Assembly: GCA_051294375.1 (NCBI GenBank)
Contig: CM119271.1
Location: 10,984,684-11,048,683, forward strand
Reading direction: 5' to 3'
DNA from: Paraspadella gotoi
Taxonomy: Eukaryota > Animalia > Chaetognatha
DNA: 64,000 nucleotides
How positions within the stretch are numbered: the first letter of the stretch is position 1; each line of letters begins with the position of its first letter. A model generated the notes under the pieces. The model was not told the DNA's origin, made no database searches, and saw nothing but the letters and a program-made list of their open reading frames with translations. A program made the translations under genes and the position numbers. Below are positions 49,863 to 64,000 of the stretch, piece after piece.

Positions 49863-52411
49863 TCTTCTCTCCTCTCTCCTCTCTCTCCTCTCTCTTTCCT
49901 TTTCCCGTCTTCCTCTCTCTTCTTTGCCTCTCGTCTCTTCTCTCTCTTCTCTCTCTTTTTGGCTCCAACGCCAGATTATGACGGTGGACAGGCCGGTAAG
50001 TGAAGGCGATTATGGTTGTGGAATCGTGCCGATGGGCTAAGCGCGGGCCCTCCCTTCAGAGCGCCCTAATGGGCTCCAACATCGATTCAAGTCCCGGCGC
50101 CGGAAATGACCGGACGAATTCCGGCGGGAAGATTCTGATCGGAGATATTTCGACGTCGATGATTGTGGGAAATTTGATTTTCTTGGGCGTGCTGAGTCGA
50201 CCGACCCTGACCGACCCGACTGACGACCGATGACCGACCGACTGCCGACCGACGGACGACCGACGAAAAGTGACTTATAAAAACGAACGAACGAAAAAAA
50301 CAACACTAAGGAAGGAACAAAGAAATGAAGGACAAAGGAGCGGAAGACAAACGAACAGATGAACAGACGAACAAAGTAGCGAACAACTAACCTAAGGAAC
50401 GAAAACAGACACGAACGCAAAACTATCAAACCGAATTTTAAAATTTTCACGATTGTCTTTTCGAAAAATGGTTACAGCCCGTCGAACTTGTCACCCGGGT
50501 CGTTTCTTCTCCTCTCTAACCCCTCTGCCCTTTCCAACCCTCCCCTCACCCCCTTACACCCGACCCCACCCTGCTGCTGCTGCCCTCTGCGAATTCTCGG
50601 GTCAAAACCAAACAAAACAAAGAAACATCGACGCCGCGATTTCGCGAAATCGGACTTCGATTCGGCGGAGGGAATTCGACATCAACATCAGCCGATCGGG
50701 TAAAGAGAATTTCGATTCAACATCAGCCAATCCGGAGAAGATATTTTTGACATAAACGGTTAAACATAGCCAATCAAAGGAAAGGAATTTCAACCATTAA
50801 CATCTGGGGACATGGGGAAGATATTTTGACATAATCAGCTGAATAAAAAAGATAAAAAAATTTTGATATCAGCATCAGTCAAAGGGAGAGAATTTCTAAA
50901 TGCAGCAATCGGGCGCCTGATCTGCTTGGTGGAGAAATATATTCAATTTTAATGGACTGAACTTAAAGGAAAAGAAAAAGAAAGGAAAGAAGAAGAAAGG
51001 AAAGGAAAGGAAAGGAAAGGAAAGGAAAGGAAAGGAAAGGAAAGGAAAGAAAGGAGAGAAAGAAAAAGAAAAGAAAAGAAAAGAAAAGAAAAGAAAAGAA
51101 AAGAAAAGTTATCTCGCAACGACATTAACGTCAATGACGATGAAAGCAACAACAACAACGACGACAACAACGACGACAACAACGACGACGACGGCGTCCC
51201 TCCTTCCGAGGTGAATGACCGAAGTCGTCGTCGTCGTCGTCGTCGTCGTCGACATCTTCGTCGTCGTCGTCGTCGTCGTCATCCCGATTGATCCGACCTC
51301 GGATGTGTCATCTCAAACCCGAAACTGTCCCCGTCATGTTGTACATTGCTTACAATTCGTCAGTGTCGCGATTGTATTATATTTTATTATATTGCATTAA
51401 ATTGTAAGAAATTGGTACAAATTATCATTCATTTAATAAATAAGCATCTTGCCCTGACTCTTGGACAGGCTTTGTGGTTTAGGTCCATCATCTTACAAAG
51501 ATAAGATATAGCAGGTCCCTGCAAGCTTTCAATCAAGACTCTCACAGTTCGTTTATTCACTCCAGAGTACCTGGTTCCCTATCAATGAAGTGGTATAATA
51601 TTTCAAAGAAATGTTTCATTGTATAAAGGACCACTTTCTAAGTATTAGATGGGGTGAATACTAGCAATACAAGGAGCTAAATTATTGTATTGTATTAAAG
51701 TACTGTGTTTTTTATTGTATTGATTGCATTGTACAATAATGTATATAATATTGTATTTTATCGATTCTAAAAATTCTAAACCATCAACGTCGTCTTCCTC
51801 CCATCCTGGAAACGCGAAACTCAAAAAATGAAAAAAGAAAAAAAAAAACGTTTAACCGCCAGAGGGAGATTTGGGTTTCGGTGTCTCCGATAAAAAAAGA
51901 GAGGAATAAAAACAAAGGGCCTCGAATCGGCCTCATCTGCGACGACGACGACGACGACGAAAAAAACAAAAGAGAACGAACGGATTTTTTTTTTGGCGAT
52001 GGAGGAGCTGGTATCGTTTCATTGATTCATGATTACATTCTCATTCATTCATTATTCATTATTTATTCATTCATTCATTCTTACATTCATTCATTCTTTC
52101 ATGTCTTCATTCATTATTGTCATTCATTCTTCATTAATTATTCATTTATCCTATTTAATTATTTTTTTTCATTCATTCATATATTCATTCATTCATTCAT
52201 TTTTTATTCATTATTTAATTGATTATTGGTTTATTAACTTCATTCCCTTGATCAACTCATACACTTTATTTATTCATTCACTTCAAATTTATTCTAATTC
52301 ATTCATTCTATTCATTCATATCATTTATTCATTCATGTCATTCATCTTTCATTACTCAAAGTTTCATTCCAAAACGCCGCCCTTTTTTATTTTTTTTTCA
52401 TTTTTTTTCAG

Positions 52412-52711
52412 TTACGGCATCGCCGACAGAGGGCGTTAGTGCGCTCGGCGTTTAGCGCCGGCTATTGTAGAGGGCGCATCGGGCAACGACGGACATAGGG
52501 GGGGGGGCGAGAGCGGGCGGCGCGGGGACAGTTGGTCGGACGAAATAAAAAAGGGGTATTCATGAAAAGTTATTGGGAATCATTAATAAGGGAATTATTG
52601 AGCGGAGAAGTTGATAACGGATTGGACAGGGATTCCATTCCAGTGCAGCTGATGAAGTTTAAGGGGAGGGAGTGGGAGGGGGGGAAAGCAGGGGAGAAGA
52701 GAGAAGAGTGG

Positions 52712-52747
<36 letters not shown>

Positions 52748-53145
52748 AAGGAAGAAGAAAAGAAATAAAGAGAAGAAGAAGAAAAAGCAAGCAGCAAGCA
52801 AGAACAAGCAAAGAAGAAAGAAAAGAAAAAAAAAAAAAGCAGAAAACAGAAAGAAAGAAAGAAAGAAGAAAAGAAAGAAAGAAAAAAGAAAGAAAGAAAG
52901 AAAGAAAGAAAAGACAAAAAGAAAAAAGAGAAGAAAGCAAAAAGAAAAAAGAAAATCACAATAACGGAACGAATAGATAAGAGATTGTTGCAGGACGCCG
53001 CCGCGTCCTGCCGCCGCGACGCTGCTGCACCCGCTGCCGCCGCAACGCAGCGCATGTCGCGCCGCTTCAGCGCTGCCAACCGCGCCCCCCTTCGTTCGAT
53101 GAGCGTTTCCGCCGACGAAGAAACGAAGAAATGACCCAACTATAA
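52412..53145 (+). other. Indel-noisy duplicate of the candidate terminal exons
   Basis: Same splice signals and ATGACCCAACTATAA ending (53131-53145), but with multiple frameshifts. Confidence 0.35.
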
Positions 53146-53247
53146 ATTTGAACAGAATCTAATTAGTTTCATTAATTCCTGACCAGGCTTGTGCCGCATT
53201 CTCGCTTCTGTCTCTGTTTTCTCTCTCTCTTCTATCTCTCTCTTCTT

Positions 53248-53289
<42 letters not shown>

Positions 53290-56200
53290 TCGTCTCTCTC
53301 CTCCATCTCTTCTTTCTCTCTCGTTTCTTCTTTCCATCCTCCATTCAGTTTCCCTTTTGAAAATTGAAAACGGAATTTTGCCGCATTTAACGATAATGAA
53401 TAGAACTTCTGCCTAGGCCTCCTCGACTCTCCGTTTTCTCTCTTTCCCTCTCTCTTCTCTCTCTTCTCTCTCTCTCTCTCTTCCTCTCTTCTCTCCTCTC
53501 TTTCTTTTCTTTCGCTTTCCTCCTTTCCTTCTTAATGTTTCAGATTTCATGGAGTCTCGTCGTCTTTCTCTATCTTCCTTTCTTCTCTTCTTCTTCTTGC
53601 TTCTTCTTCTTTTTCTTTATTTCGTATTCTTAACGTTAGAGCGGTGTTCACCCTGTTTTCTTTTGGCGCCGGATTTTCTTCATTCTTTTCTTTCTTTTCT
53701 GTTTCTTTATATTTTCCTTTTCTTTCTTTCCTTTTCTTTACCTTTCTTTCCTTTCTTTTATCTTTTTTTTTCTTTTCTTCTTTCTTTCTTTATTTATTTT
53801 TCTTCCTTTCTTTTCGCCATTTTATTTCTTTCTTTTTTCCTTTTTTTTCTTTTTTCTTTTCTTCTTTGTTTCCTTTCTTTGTTGTTGTTTAATGAGTCCC
53901 GCTTATTTAAAACAAGCGAGGCCAATCTCTCATACAAGATTAACCACCAAATACATCATCGATAATAATAGGACCCATAAAATTATATCAATGAACAATA
54001 TCATCTCATTTTATTCTCTCTTTTTTTCTCATTTGGTCTTCTATCCCACTCTTTCAACTTCCTCCTTCTTCTTGATTCTAGCTCTCTCTCTCTGCTTCTC
54101 TCTCTATTCCTCTCTCCTTCTCTCTCTTCTCTCTCTATTCTCTTCTCTCTCTTTCTTCTCTCTCTCTCTCGTCTCTCTTCTCTCTCTCTCTCTCTCTCTC
54201 TCGCGCATTTTGATCTCTCCTCCGGTCTTTCAGCCCGCGGCGGTCTCGCCCGTTTTTACAGCCGAACAGATTCGGATTTGAGAGAGATTAACTTTGCGAT
54301 CGACACAGGTCGGTCGGTCTGTTTTCATTCTTTCTTTTTCTTCTTTTTTCTTTTTTCTTCTTTTTTCTTTTTTCTTTCTTTCTTATTTTTTATTTTTTCT
54401 TTCTTCTTTAATCCCGTTTTTTCTTGTTTTTCTTTTTCTTTTTTTCTTTTTTCTTTTTTCTTTCGTTTCCTTGCTTTGTGTTCATTATCTGTCAACGTTA
54501 TTTTGTTTTTTTTTAAAATTTTTTCTCGCTTTTTCCTTATTATTCTCTCTTTCTTCAATCGTTTTTCCGCCCTCCCTTTTTGTTTTCTGATGTTTTTTTT
54601 TCCTTCGTTTCAATGTTAATTCAACTGCCCAAAACAGGCCATTTCTTTGCAAGATACTCGGTGTTTTTTCATGATCTTAGACTCGTTCCATCGTTAGATT
54701 GAAGACGAAAAATCTTAGGGTCATGAAACATTCGATTGCCTGCTGTTCACCGCTGGAGATGTTTTTTTCATTTCTTTCTTTTATCTTCTCTTTTAGATAA
54801 AAAAAATTTTGATATCAGCATCAGTCAAAAAGGGAGAGAATTTCTAAATGAGCAATCGGCCGATCGGGTGGGAATTCTTACTTCTCTTCATATTTTTCTT
54901 TTGTATTGTTTGTCTTGTGGAGAAATATATTTCATTTTAATGGACTGAACTTAAAAGGAAAGGAAAGGAAAGGAAAGGAAAAGGAAAGGAAAGGAAAGGA
55001 AAGGAAAGGAAAGGAAAGGAAAGGAAAGGAAAGGAAGGAAAGAAAAGAGGAGAAAGAAAAGAAAAGAAAAGAAAAGAAAAAAAAGAAAAGAAAAGTTATC
55101 TCGCAACGACATTAACGTCAATGACGATGAAAGCAACAACAACAACGACGACAACAACGACGACAACAACGACGACGACGGCGTCCCTCCTTCCCGAGGT
55201 GAATGACCGAAGTCGTCGTCGTCGTCGTCGTCGTCGTCGACATCTTCGTCGTCGTCGTCGTCGTCGTCATCCCGATTGATCCCGACCTCGGATGTGTCAT
55301 CTCAAACCCGAAACTGTCCCCGTCATGTTCGTACATTGCTTAACCAATTGGTCAGTGTCGACGAATTGTATTATATTTTATTATATTGCATTAAATTGTA
55401 AGAAATTGGTACAAATTATCCATTCATTTAATAAATAAGCCATCTTGCCCCTGACTTTGGACAGGCTTTGGTGGTTTGAGGATTCCATCACTCTTACAAG
55501 ATAATGACATAGCAGGTCCCTGCAAGCTTTCAATCAAGACTCTCTCACAGTCTTGTTTATTCACTCCCAGAGTACCTGGCTGCCCTATCAATGAAGTGGT
55601 ATAATATTTCAAAGAATGTTTCAATTGTATAAAAGGACCACTTTCTTAAGTATTAGATGGGGTGAATACTAGCAATACAAGGAGCTAAATTTTATTGTAT
55701 TGTATTCAAAGTACTGTATTATTTTATTGTATTGAATTGCATTGTACAATAATGTATATAATATTGTATTTTATCGACTTCTAAAAATTCTAAACCATCA
55801 ACGTCGTCTTCCTCCCATCCTGGAAACGCGAAACTCAAAATGAAAAAAAGAAAAAAAAAACGTTTAACCGCCAGAGGGAGATTTGGGTTTCGGTGTCTCC
55901 GATAAAAAAAAAAGAGAGGAATAAAAACAAAGGGCCTCGAATCGGCCTCATCTGCGACGACGACGACGACGACGAAAAAAACAAAAGAGCAACGAACGGA
56001 TTTTCTTTTTTTGGCGATGGAGGAGCTGGTATCGTTTCATTGATTCATAGACTAATTCATTCATTCATTCATTTATTCATTCATTCATTCATTCATTCAT
56101 TCATTCATTCATTCATTCATTCATTCATTCATTAATTTATTCATTTATCCTTTTAATTATTTATTATTTCATTCATTCAATTATTCATTAATTCATTCAT

Positions 56201-56571
56201 TTTTTTATTAATTATTTAATTGATTGATTGGTTCATTAACTTCATTCCCTTGATCAACTCATCCACTTTATTTATTTATTCACTTCAAAATTCATTCATT
56301 CATTCATTCATTCATTCATTCATTCATTTATTCATTCATTCATTCATTAATTCATTCATTCATTTTTTTATCAATTATTTAATTGATTCATTGGTTCATT
56401 AACTTCATTCCCTTGATCAACTCATCCACTTTATTTATTCATTCACTTCAAAATTTATTCATTCATTCATTCATTCATTCATTTATTCATTCATTCATTC
56501 ATTCTTTCATTCATTCCTCAAAGTTTCATCAAAACGCCGCCATTTTTTTCATTTTTTTCATTTTTTTTCAG

Positions 56572-57342
<771 letters not shown>

Positions 57343-57392
57343 ATTTGAACAGAATCTAATTAGTTTCATTAATTCCTGACCAGCTTGTGCCG

Positions 57393-57471
<79 letters not shown>

Positions 57472-58129
57472 TCCCTCTCCCTATTCCCTTCTTAAATTTT
57501 CCAGATTTCATTGAGAGCTCTCGTCGTCTCTGTCTCTATCTCGCTCTTTCATTTTCTCTCTCTCTCTCTCTCACTCTTCTATCTCTCCTTTTTCTTCTAG
57601 CTCGATTGCTTCTTTAACAGATTAGGACGCGCGTGTTCACCCTAGTTTCTTTTGGCGCGATTTTTCCTTCCATTCTTTTCCCTTTCTTTCTTTTCCCTTT
57701 ATATATTTTCCTTTTCTCTCTTTTCCTTTCTTTCTTTTTCCCTTTCTTTCTTTTTCCTTTATATCTTTTCCTTTTTTTTCTTTTCCCTTTCTTTCTTTTC
57801 CTTTATTTTATTTTTCCTTCCTTTCTTTTCCCCCATATCTTTTCCATTTCTTTCTTTTCCTTTCCTTTATTTTTCCTTTCTTTCTTTTCCCTTTCTTTCG
57901 TTTCCCTTTCTTTGTTGCTTGTTTCAAATCGAGTCGCTATATTTTAAAAACAAGCAGACTGCCAATCAATCAATCAAATACAAAATTAAACCAAACAATA
58001 AATACATCAATCGATAAATAAATTGGACAATAAATAAATTAATCAATCAATGAAACAATCACCAATCAATCATTTTTTTTCTCTTTTTTTCCTCATTTGG
58101 TCTTTCTATCCCACTCTTTCAACCTCTCC

Positions 58130-58160
<31 letters not shown>

Positions 58161-58908
58161 TCTTCTCTCTCTCTTTCTCTCTCTCCCCTTTCTTCGTCGT
58201 CTCTCTCTCTCTCTTCCTCTCTCTCGTCTCTCTCTCTCTCTTCTCTCTCTCTCGCCATTTGATCTCCTCCGGTCTTTCACGCCCCGCGGCGGTCTCGCCC
58301 GTTTTTGAACCAGACGAACAGATTCGGATTTCGGATGAGAAGAAGATTAACTTTGCGATCGAAACGAGGTCGGTCGGTCNNNNNNNNNNNNNNNNNNNNN
58401 NNNNNNNNNNNNNNNNNNNNNNNNNNNNNNNNNNNNNNNNNNNNNNNNNNNNNNNNNNNNTTATTTATTTATTTCTTTCTTTCTTTTCATCCCTTTCTTT
58501 CTTTACTTTATTTCTTTCTTTCTTTTTTTCTTTCTTTCTATTTTTTCTTTCTTTCCTTGCTTTGTTCCATTGATCTGTCAAACCTTATTTTTGTTTTTTT
58601 TTTTAAATATTTATTCATCGCTTATTTCCTTATTCATTTCTCTCTTTCTCACTCAAACCGTCTTTCTCACGCCCCTCCCCCCTTCTTTGTATTTCTGTGT
58701 TTTTCTTTCCTTCGTTCAAACTGTTAATTCAACTGCAAACAAAAAGGCCACTTTCTTTGGCAAAGATCAAAATCGGATTTTTTTTCAAGTCTTAACTCGA
58801 TTCCATCGCATTAGATTGAAAGATAACGAAAAAATCTTAGGGTCATGAAACATTCGATTGCCTGCTTGGTTACACGCTGTTTTTTTTCATTTCTTTCTAT
58901 CTTTCTAA

Positions 58909-58979
<71 letters not shown>

Positions 58980-60092
58980 TTTCTCTCTTCTTCTTCCCTC
59001 TTTCGACCGCAGCTGTGAAAAGTCACCGCGTTGATTGCCCCGGATTCACAAGAGCAGAATAGAAAAAAAAATGGNNNNNNNNNNNNNNNNNNNNNNNNNN
59101 NNNNNNNNNNNNNNNNNNNNNNNNNNNNNNNNNNNNNNNNNNNNNNNNNNNNNNNNNNNNNNNNNNNNNNNNNNNNNNNNNNNNNNNNNNNNNNNNNNNN
59201 NNNNNNNNNNNNNNNNNNNNNNNNNNNNNNNNNNNNNNNNNNNNNNNNNNNNNNNNNNNNNNNNNNNNNNNNNNNNNNNNNNNNNNNNNNNNNNNNNNNN
59301 NNGAGAGAGAGCGATTGATTTACGTTAATTCATTTCTTTCCCACTTTTCTCCTTTTTCTTTACGCTGTTTTTCTCTCGTTGTTGTTGTCGTTGTTCTTAT
59401 TGTTGATGTTTTCTTCACTTTTTCTTCAAACGTGAAAATCACTTTCAAAATTTATTTTCATTCTTTTCCAATTCTGAAATTTCTTTTCGCTAATTTCATT
59501 TTCTTTGTTAAACCCGATTACCAATCAACGGCAGGAAACACGTTTTTCTCTCGTCGAGGATTAGAGTTCGAGATTAAGATTTAACGTTATGGTCGAGGAT
59601 TAGATTAGGATTAAACTGAGAAATTGCGAGTTTCTTAACAGATAATGGGTAAAATATTAAAGTTATATTAAAGTTATATCATCGCAGGAATTTGACCAGT
59701 AGATGAATCCGATAGACCAAATGGTTTTGCCTCTCTTGGTTTTTCCGTCTTTTCTTCTGATTGATATTAATAAAACAGAAAGGGGACGTTTTTGGAAAAA
59801 AAGAGAGAGAGCCCTTTTATCTTCCGGTCTTCCTATTGCTATTTATCTCCTCTTCCTATCTATAATACTCTCTTTCTAATCCTCTCTTCATCCTTCTTAC
59901 TTCTTACTCTTATCTCTCCCATATTTCCTCCTCCTCTTTCTCCCTCTCTCCTTTCCCCTCCTCCCTCTCCCCCTCTTCCTCCTCCCTCTCTCCCTTCCTC
60001 TCCCTCCTCCTCCTCCTCCTTCTCCTCCTCCTCCTCCCTCTTCTCATCATCATCATTTCCATCTACATTTGAGAGTAAACAAAATGTCTCTC

Positions 60093-60180
<88 letters not shown>

Positions 60181-60449
60181 TCTTCTTCCCAAAGGCGACG
60201 CCAACTTTTGCCGACGAAACAACATCTATTACGACTCACCGACGACAACAACAACGACGACAATATTACGACTTCGCGAATAGAAAACAACAACGACAAC
60301 AAGGACGGCGACGTTGTTAACAAACGATCAAAGCGATAATAATTTAAAACTTAAGTTTACGTTAAAAACTAAAACCACCATTTTAATGTCAAAACTTAAA
60401 CAGTTCTTAACAGGCTTCCCGCTGTAGATTTATAACGACTCCAAAAAAT

Positions 60450-60760
60450 GCGACCACATAGAACCACAATGACTACGAAGGACAAATCTGACCCAAACCC
60501 AACCACAATGACTACATAAAACTACCGTAATAGGCCCGAGTAGGACAGCACCGACCACGATGTTCTCAATAAACAACAGTGATCACAGAAACCAACAAGG
60601 GGCGGCATATTTAACAAAAACAACCACATAGAACAACAACGACCACATAGAACAACAACGACCACACGGAACAACGACCACATAGAACAACAACGACGAC
60701 CACAAAGATAAATACCATCTTTCATCCAGAACAACAACGACCAAGCATCAAACAACAATT
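60450..60760. repeat. Degenerate ~19-bp repeat (GACCACATAGAACAACAAC)
   Basis: Clear units at 60622-60705 with decayed flanking units. Confidence 0.7.
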
Positions 60761-60893
60761 CAACTCAGTCAACCGTAAAAAAAAAAAAACCAAACAATAA
60801 CGCGGATCGTCGTGAAAAACAACAGCAGACATCAACTCTGACGTGAAATCAACTGTGATGACAACTACAACAAGCCGAAGAGGCGTCTCTCGC

Positions 60894-60955
<62 letters not shown>

Positions 60956-61024
60956 GTCAAAACGTTTTAGAGAGAAGCAGAGAAGACGAATTTAGAAATT
61001 CATAAAAAGGAGAAGATGGAAAAT

Positions 61025-61096
<72 letters not shown>

Positions 61097-61384
61097 TCGC
61101 TGAATCCCTCCCAGTTTTCGTCACATAATCCAAAACGATTCCTTCTTTTATTGCGATAAAATATTCTCGAATTATTTCGTGAGAAAAAGCGATTATATTT
61201 AAAATGTCATTTTTTTTTTTTTTTATTGATTCCGTCCTGTAATAATTTGGTCTTTGTCGTATTCGAAATTGTGGTCGTCTTCATCGTCGTCGTCGTCGTC
61301 GTCTTTTTATCTTAAGAAACTAATGCGCCATCTGACGTCATAAGATCGAAAAGAATTTCCCTTCGCCAACCGTCGCCACTCTCC

Positions 61385-61677
61385 GGTTCCTTCTTTTCCA
61401 TATGCGACGCGTTTCCGTTTTCCGTTTCCAGAAGTTAATTCTAGCCTTAATTTTAACTTCAAACTATGTCAAACTAATAACCTCTTTCAAATTATTAATA
61501 ATTAATTATTATAAATAATTATTAACCCTAAACTCTAGTCTCTAACTATAAACCCTAAATTTAACCTAATATTTAACCTAATCTCTATCCTAATTCTTAA
61601 CCCTAACTTCATACCTAAAAAATAATTTAATTCTAAATTTAAAGACGAAATGGGGGCGTTCTGGGAAAATAAGGCCC
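61385..61677. mobile_element. Second element with telomere-like hexamers
   Basis: Right end GGGAAAATAAGGC is shared with 19442-19454; left end GGTTCCTTCTTTTCC is an imperfect inversion; interior has AACCCTAAAC/AACCTAAT repeats. Confidence 0.45.
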
Positions 61678-64000
61678 ACCCTCGACCCCTACAACTCTCA
61701 GCCCCTTTCCTTACCTTAAAAAAAGAAGAAAATTTTTACCTTTAGTTCGATATAATTTTTTTTCCCGTCGATTTTGGCTAAAAAAAAAAAGAAAAAAAAA
61801 TGGTGTACGTTTCTCCTTGAGAGAAAAGACGCGAAATCTTCTCATGTATAAAATAGAGGAAAAAAAATGTGGGAGAAGGTGAGAGTGAACCGCTAAGGCG
61901 GAGGGGAGACGCGAGACGTGTTTGGGAGCTTCATATTTATACACTATTTTAATATATTTTTATGACTACTTTTCTTTGATGTTTATAACTCTGATATTAC
62001 GGACGTAGCAGCAACTTNNNNNNNNNNNNNNNNNNNNNNNNNNNNNNNNNNNNNNNNNNNNNNNNNNNNNNNNNNNNNNNNNNNNNNNNNNNNNNNNNNN
62101 NNNNNNNNNNNNNNNNNNNNNNNNNNNNNNNNNNNNNNNNNNNNNNNNNNNNNNNNNNNNNNNNNNNNNNNNNNNNNNNNNNNNNNNNNNNNNNNNNNNN
62201 NNNNNNNNNNNNNNNNNNNNNNNNNNNNNNNNNNNNCTCACGAATGGATAAACGTATGGACGAACAAACAGACTGATAAATCCTAAGGGAAGTACAAATA
62301 TGCTGCCGAACCAATACGGACTGAACGACTGATAGACGGACGGATAAATGAACCAAAGAATGTACTAATAGACGGACGGACCGACAAAAAAACACTGGCT
62401 TTGACTTCGCTTAGAAAGAAAGAAAGAAAAAAGAAAGAAAAAAGAAAGAAAAAAGAAAAAAGAAAGATAAAAGAAAGAAATAGAAAGAAAAAAGAAAAAA
62501 ACCCTCCCGTCTTATTTCAACGAAAAAAGAGGAAACTTAAGATCTTCGTCCTTGCGACTTAAATGCCGAGAAAGAGCNNNNNNNNNNNNNNNNNNNNNNN
62601 NNNNNNNNNNNNNNNNNNNNNNNNNNNNNNNNNNNNNNNNNNNNNNNNNNNNNNNNNNNNNNNNNNNNNNNNNNNNNNNNNNNNNNNNNNNNNNNNNNNN
62701 NNNNNNNNNNNNNNNNNNNNNNNNNNNNNNNNNNNNNNNNNNNNNNNNNNNNNNNNNNNNNNNNNNNNNNNNNNNNNNNNNNNNNNNNNNNNNNNNNNNN
62801 NNNAAAAAAAAACAGAGAAATATGAGTTGTTTTTCTTTTTTTCGCTTTTGTAACGATATTCGTTATTATGCGCTGTTACAAAAGACGGAATACATTAAAG
62901 TACGCTAACGATGAGTTTAATACTAAAGATGGCGTTAACAAAGTACAATAGAGAGAAAAAGAATAGGACGTTTATTAAGCTTTAAAAATTTAAAAAAAAA
63001 AAACACCATTAGCTAAGCTCCGTTTTATTGAAGTTTCTAAAATTTTTGTTTATACATCAAAAAAACATCAATAAAATCGATAAATAAACATCAAGAGAAT
63101 TCACGCATTAGCTATAAATATAAAAAAAAATGTTTTGACTTGAACCATTCGTCATTCTGTTAACCTCGCATTAAATCCGAGCGAATTTCCACTCGCGCGC
63201 GAAACCTCGATCTTTCATCCCCTCGTCTCACACACAGCTCCTCTTTCCTATTTCACTCCACTTTTTCGCCCCGCGCGGATTCATTAACCACCCGCCCCAC
63301 GCGCCCCCACCCCCAACAAAAACTTGCAAACGCACCTCCTAGCGTCAAAGATCTTTACCCTCCAAGCCTGCCCTATTTTCCCTCCCGCCTATTCCACGCG
63401 CAAAAAAAAAAAGACCACTCTCTCTCTCTCTCTCTCTCTCCTCTTTCTCTCTCTCTCTCTCTTTCTCTCTCTCTCCTCTCTTCTCTCTTCTCTCTCTCTC
63501 TCCTCTTCCTCTCTCTCTCCTCCTCTCAAGCCCCTCAACAACCCCCATCACGTTCCCTCTCCCTTCTAGACCCCTTTCTCTCCCCTCCCTCCCCCTTTTC
63601 TCCCCCAATCTACATCCGGGGGAGAGAAGGAAGGATGTAAAGTGGGCGAAGGATTTACGCACGATTTGGCGACGAACGACGCCGACGCCGTGGGATGAAG
63701 CTCGTGACGCCTCGATGGAGAGAGAGAGAGAGAGAGACGCTGGCGCTGGCGTTGGCGTTGCAATGACGTGGCAATGGTGTGACATTGGCGAAGACGGAGG
63801 ATGTCGACAGAGTGGCATGGCGTAGCCAGAGGGTCCTCTGTGCATGGCGGCTTGACGCGGCTTTCGGCATGGCCCTTGGGTCGGCGTTAAAAAGGTGGCG
63901 TAACTACGTATTAGGTTAGACGGTGACGCGGTCGCATTGTGACAATGTCTTGTCGTTAATCTCTGTTGATCTTGAGAAATAATTTAAAAAGTATAATACC

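Overview
Eukaryotic, intron-rich, animal-like draft scaffold. It is AT-rich, saturated with (AG)n/(GAC)n/(TTCA)n/(GAAA)n microsatellites, has 13 N-gaps, and shows indel noise typical of unpolished long reads. Almost all ORFs in the supplied track are microsatellite translations. The one well-supported gene is a multi-exon, minus-strand phospholipase B1-like GDSL/SGNH lipase (~3623-8778) with a signal peptide and a single lipase domain; its 3' exons are degraded by indels. A second, weakly supported plus-strand gene ends in a PDZ-binding-like C-terminus (...EEMTQL*, 56572-57342, noisy duplicate at 52412-53145). Mobile DNA: two families of DINE-1/HINE-like (Helentron-associated) non-autonomous elements, a ~1.03 kb fully palindromic hAT-type element with an 8-bp TSD, short elements carrying telomere-like hexamers, and one unclassified interspersed repeat. 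Large structure: a ~6.3 kb fold-back (20809-27090) and two multi-kb direct duplications (28074-40849, 50851-58900), all probably assembly artefacts. The oddest sequence is a ~395-bp, 2.7-copy, hairpin-rich tandem unit (21231-22283) that looks foreign to the host. It is either a rolling-circle-like structured element or, more likely, a synthetic or contaminant template. No prokaryotic genes, rRNA, bona fide tRNA or CRISPR array were found, and I cannot support a novel multi-gene system here.
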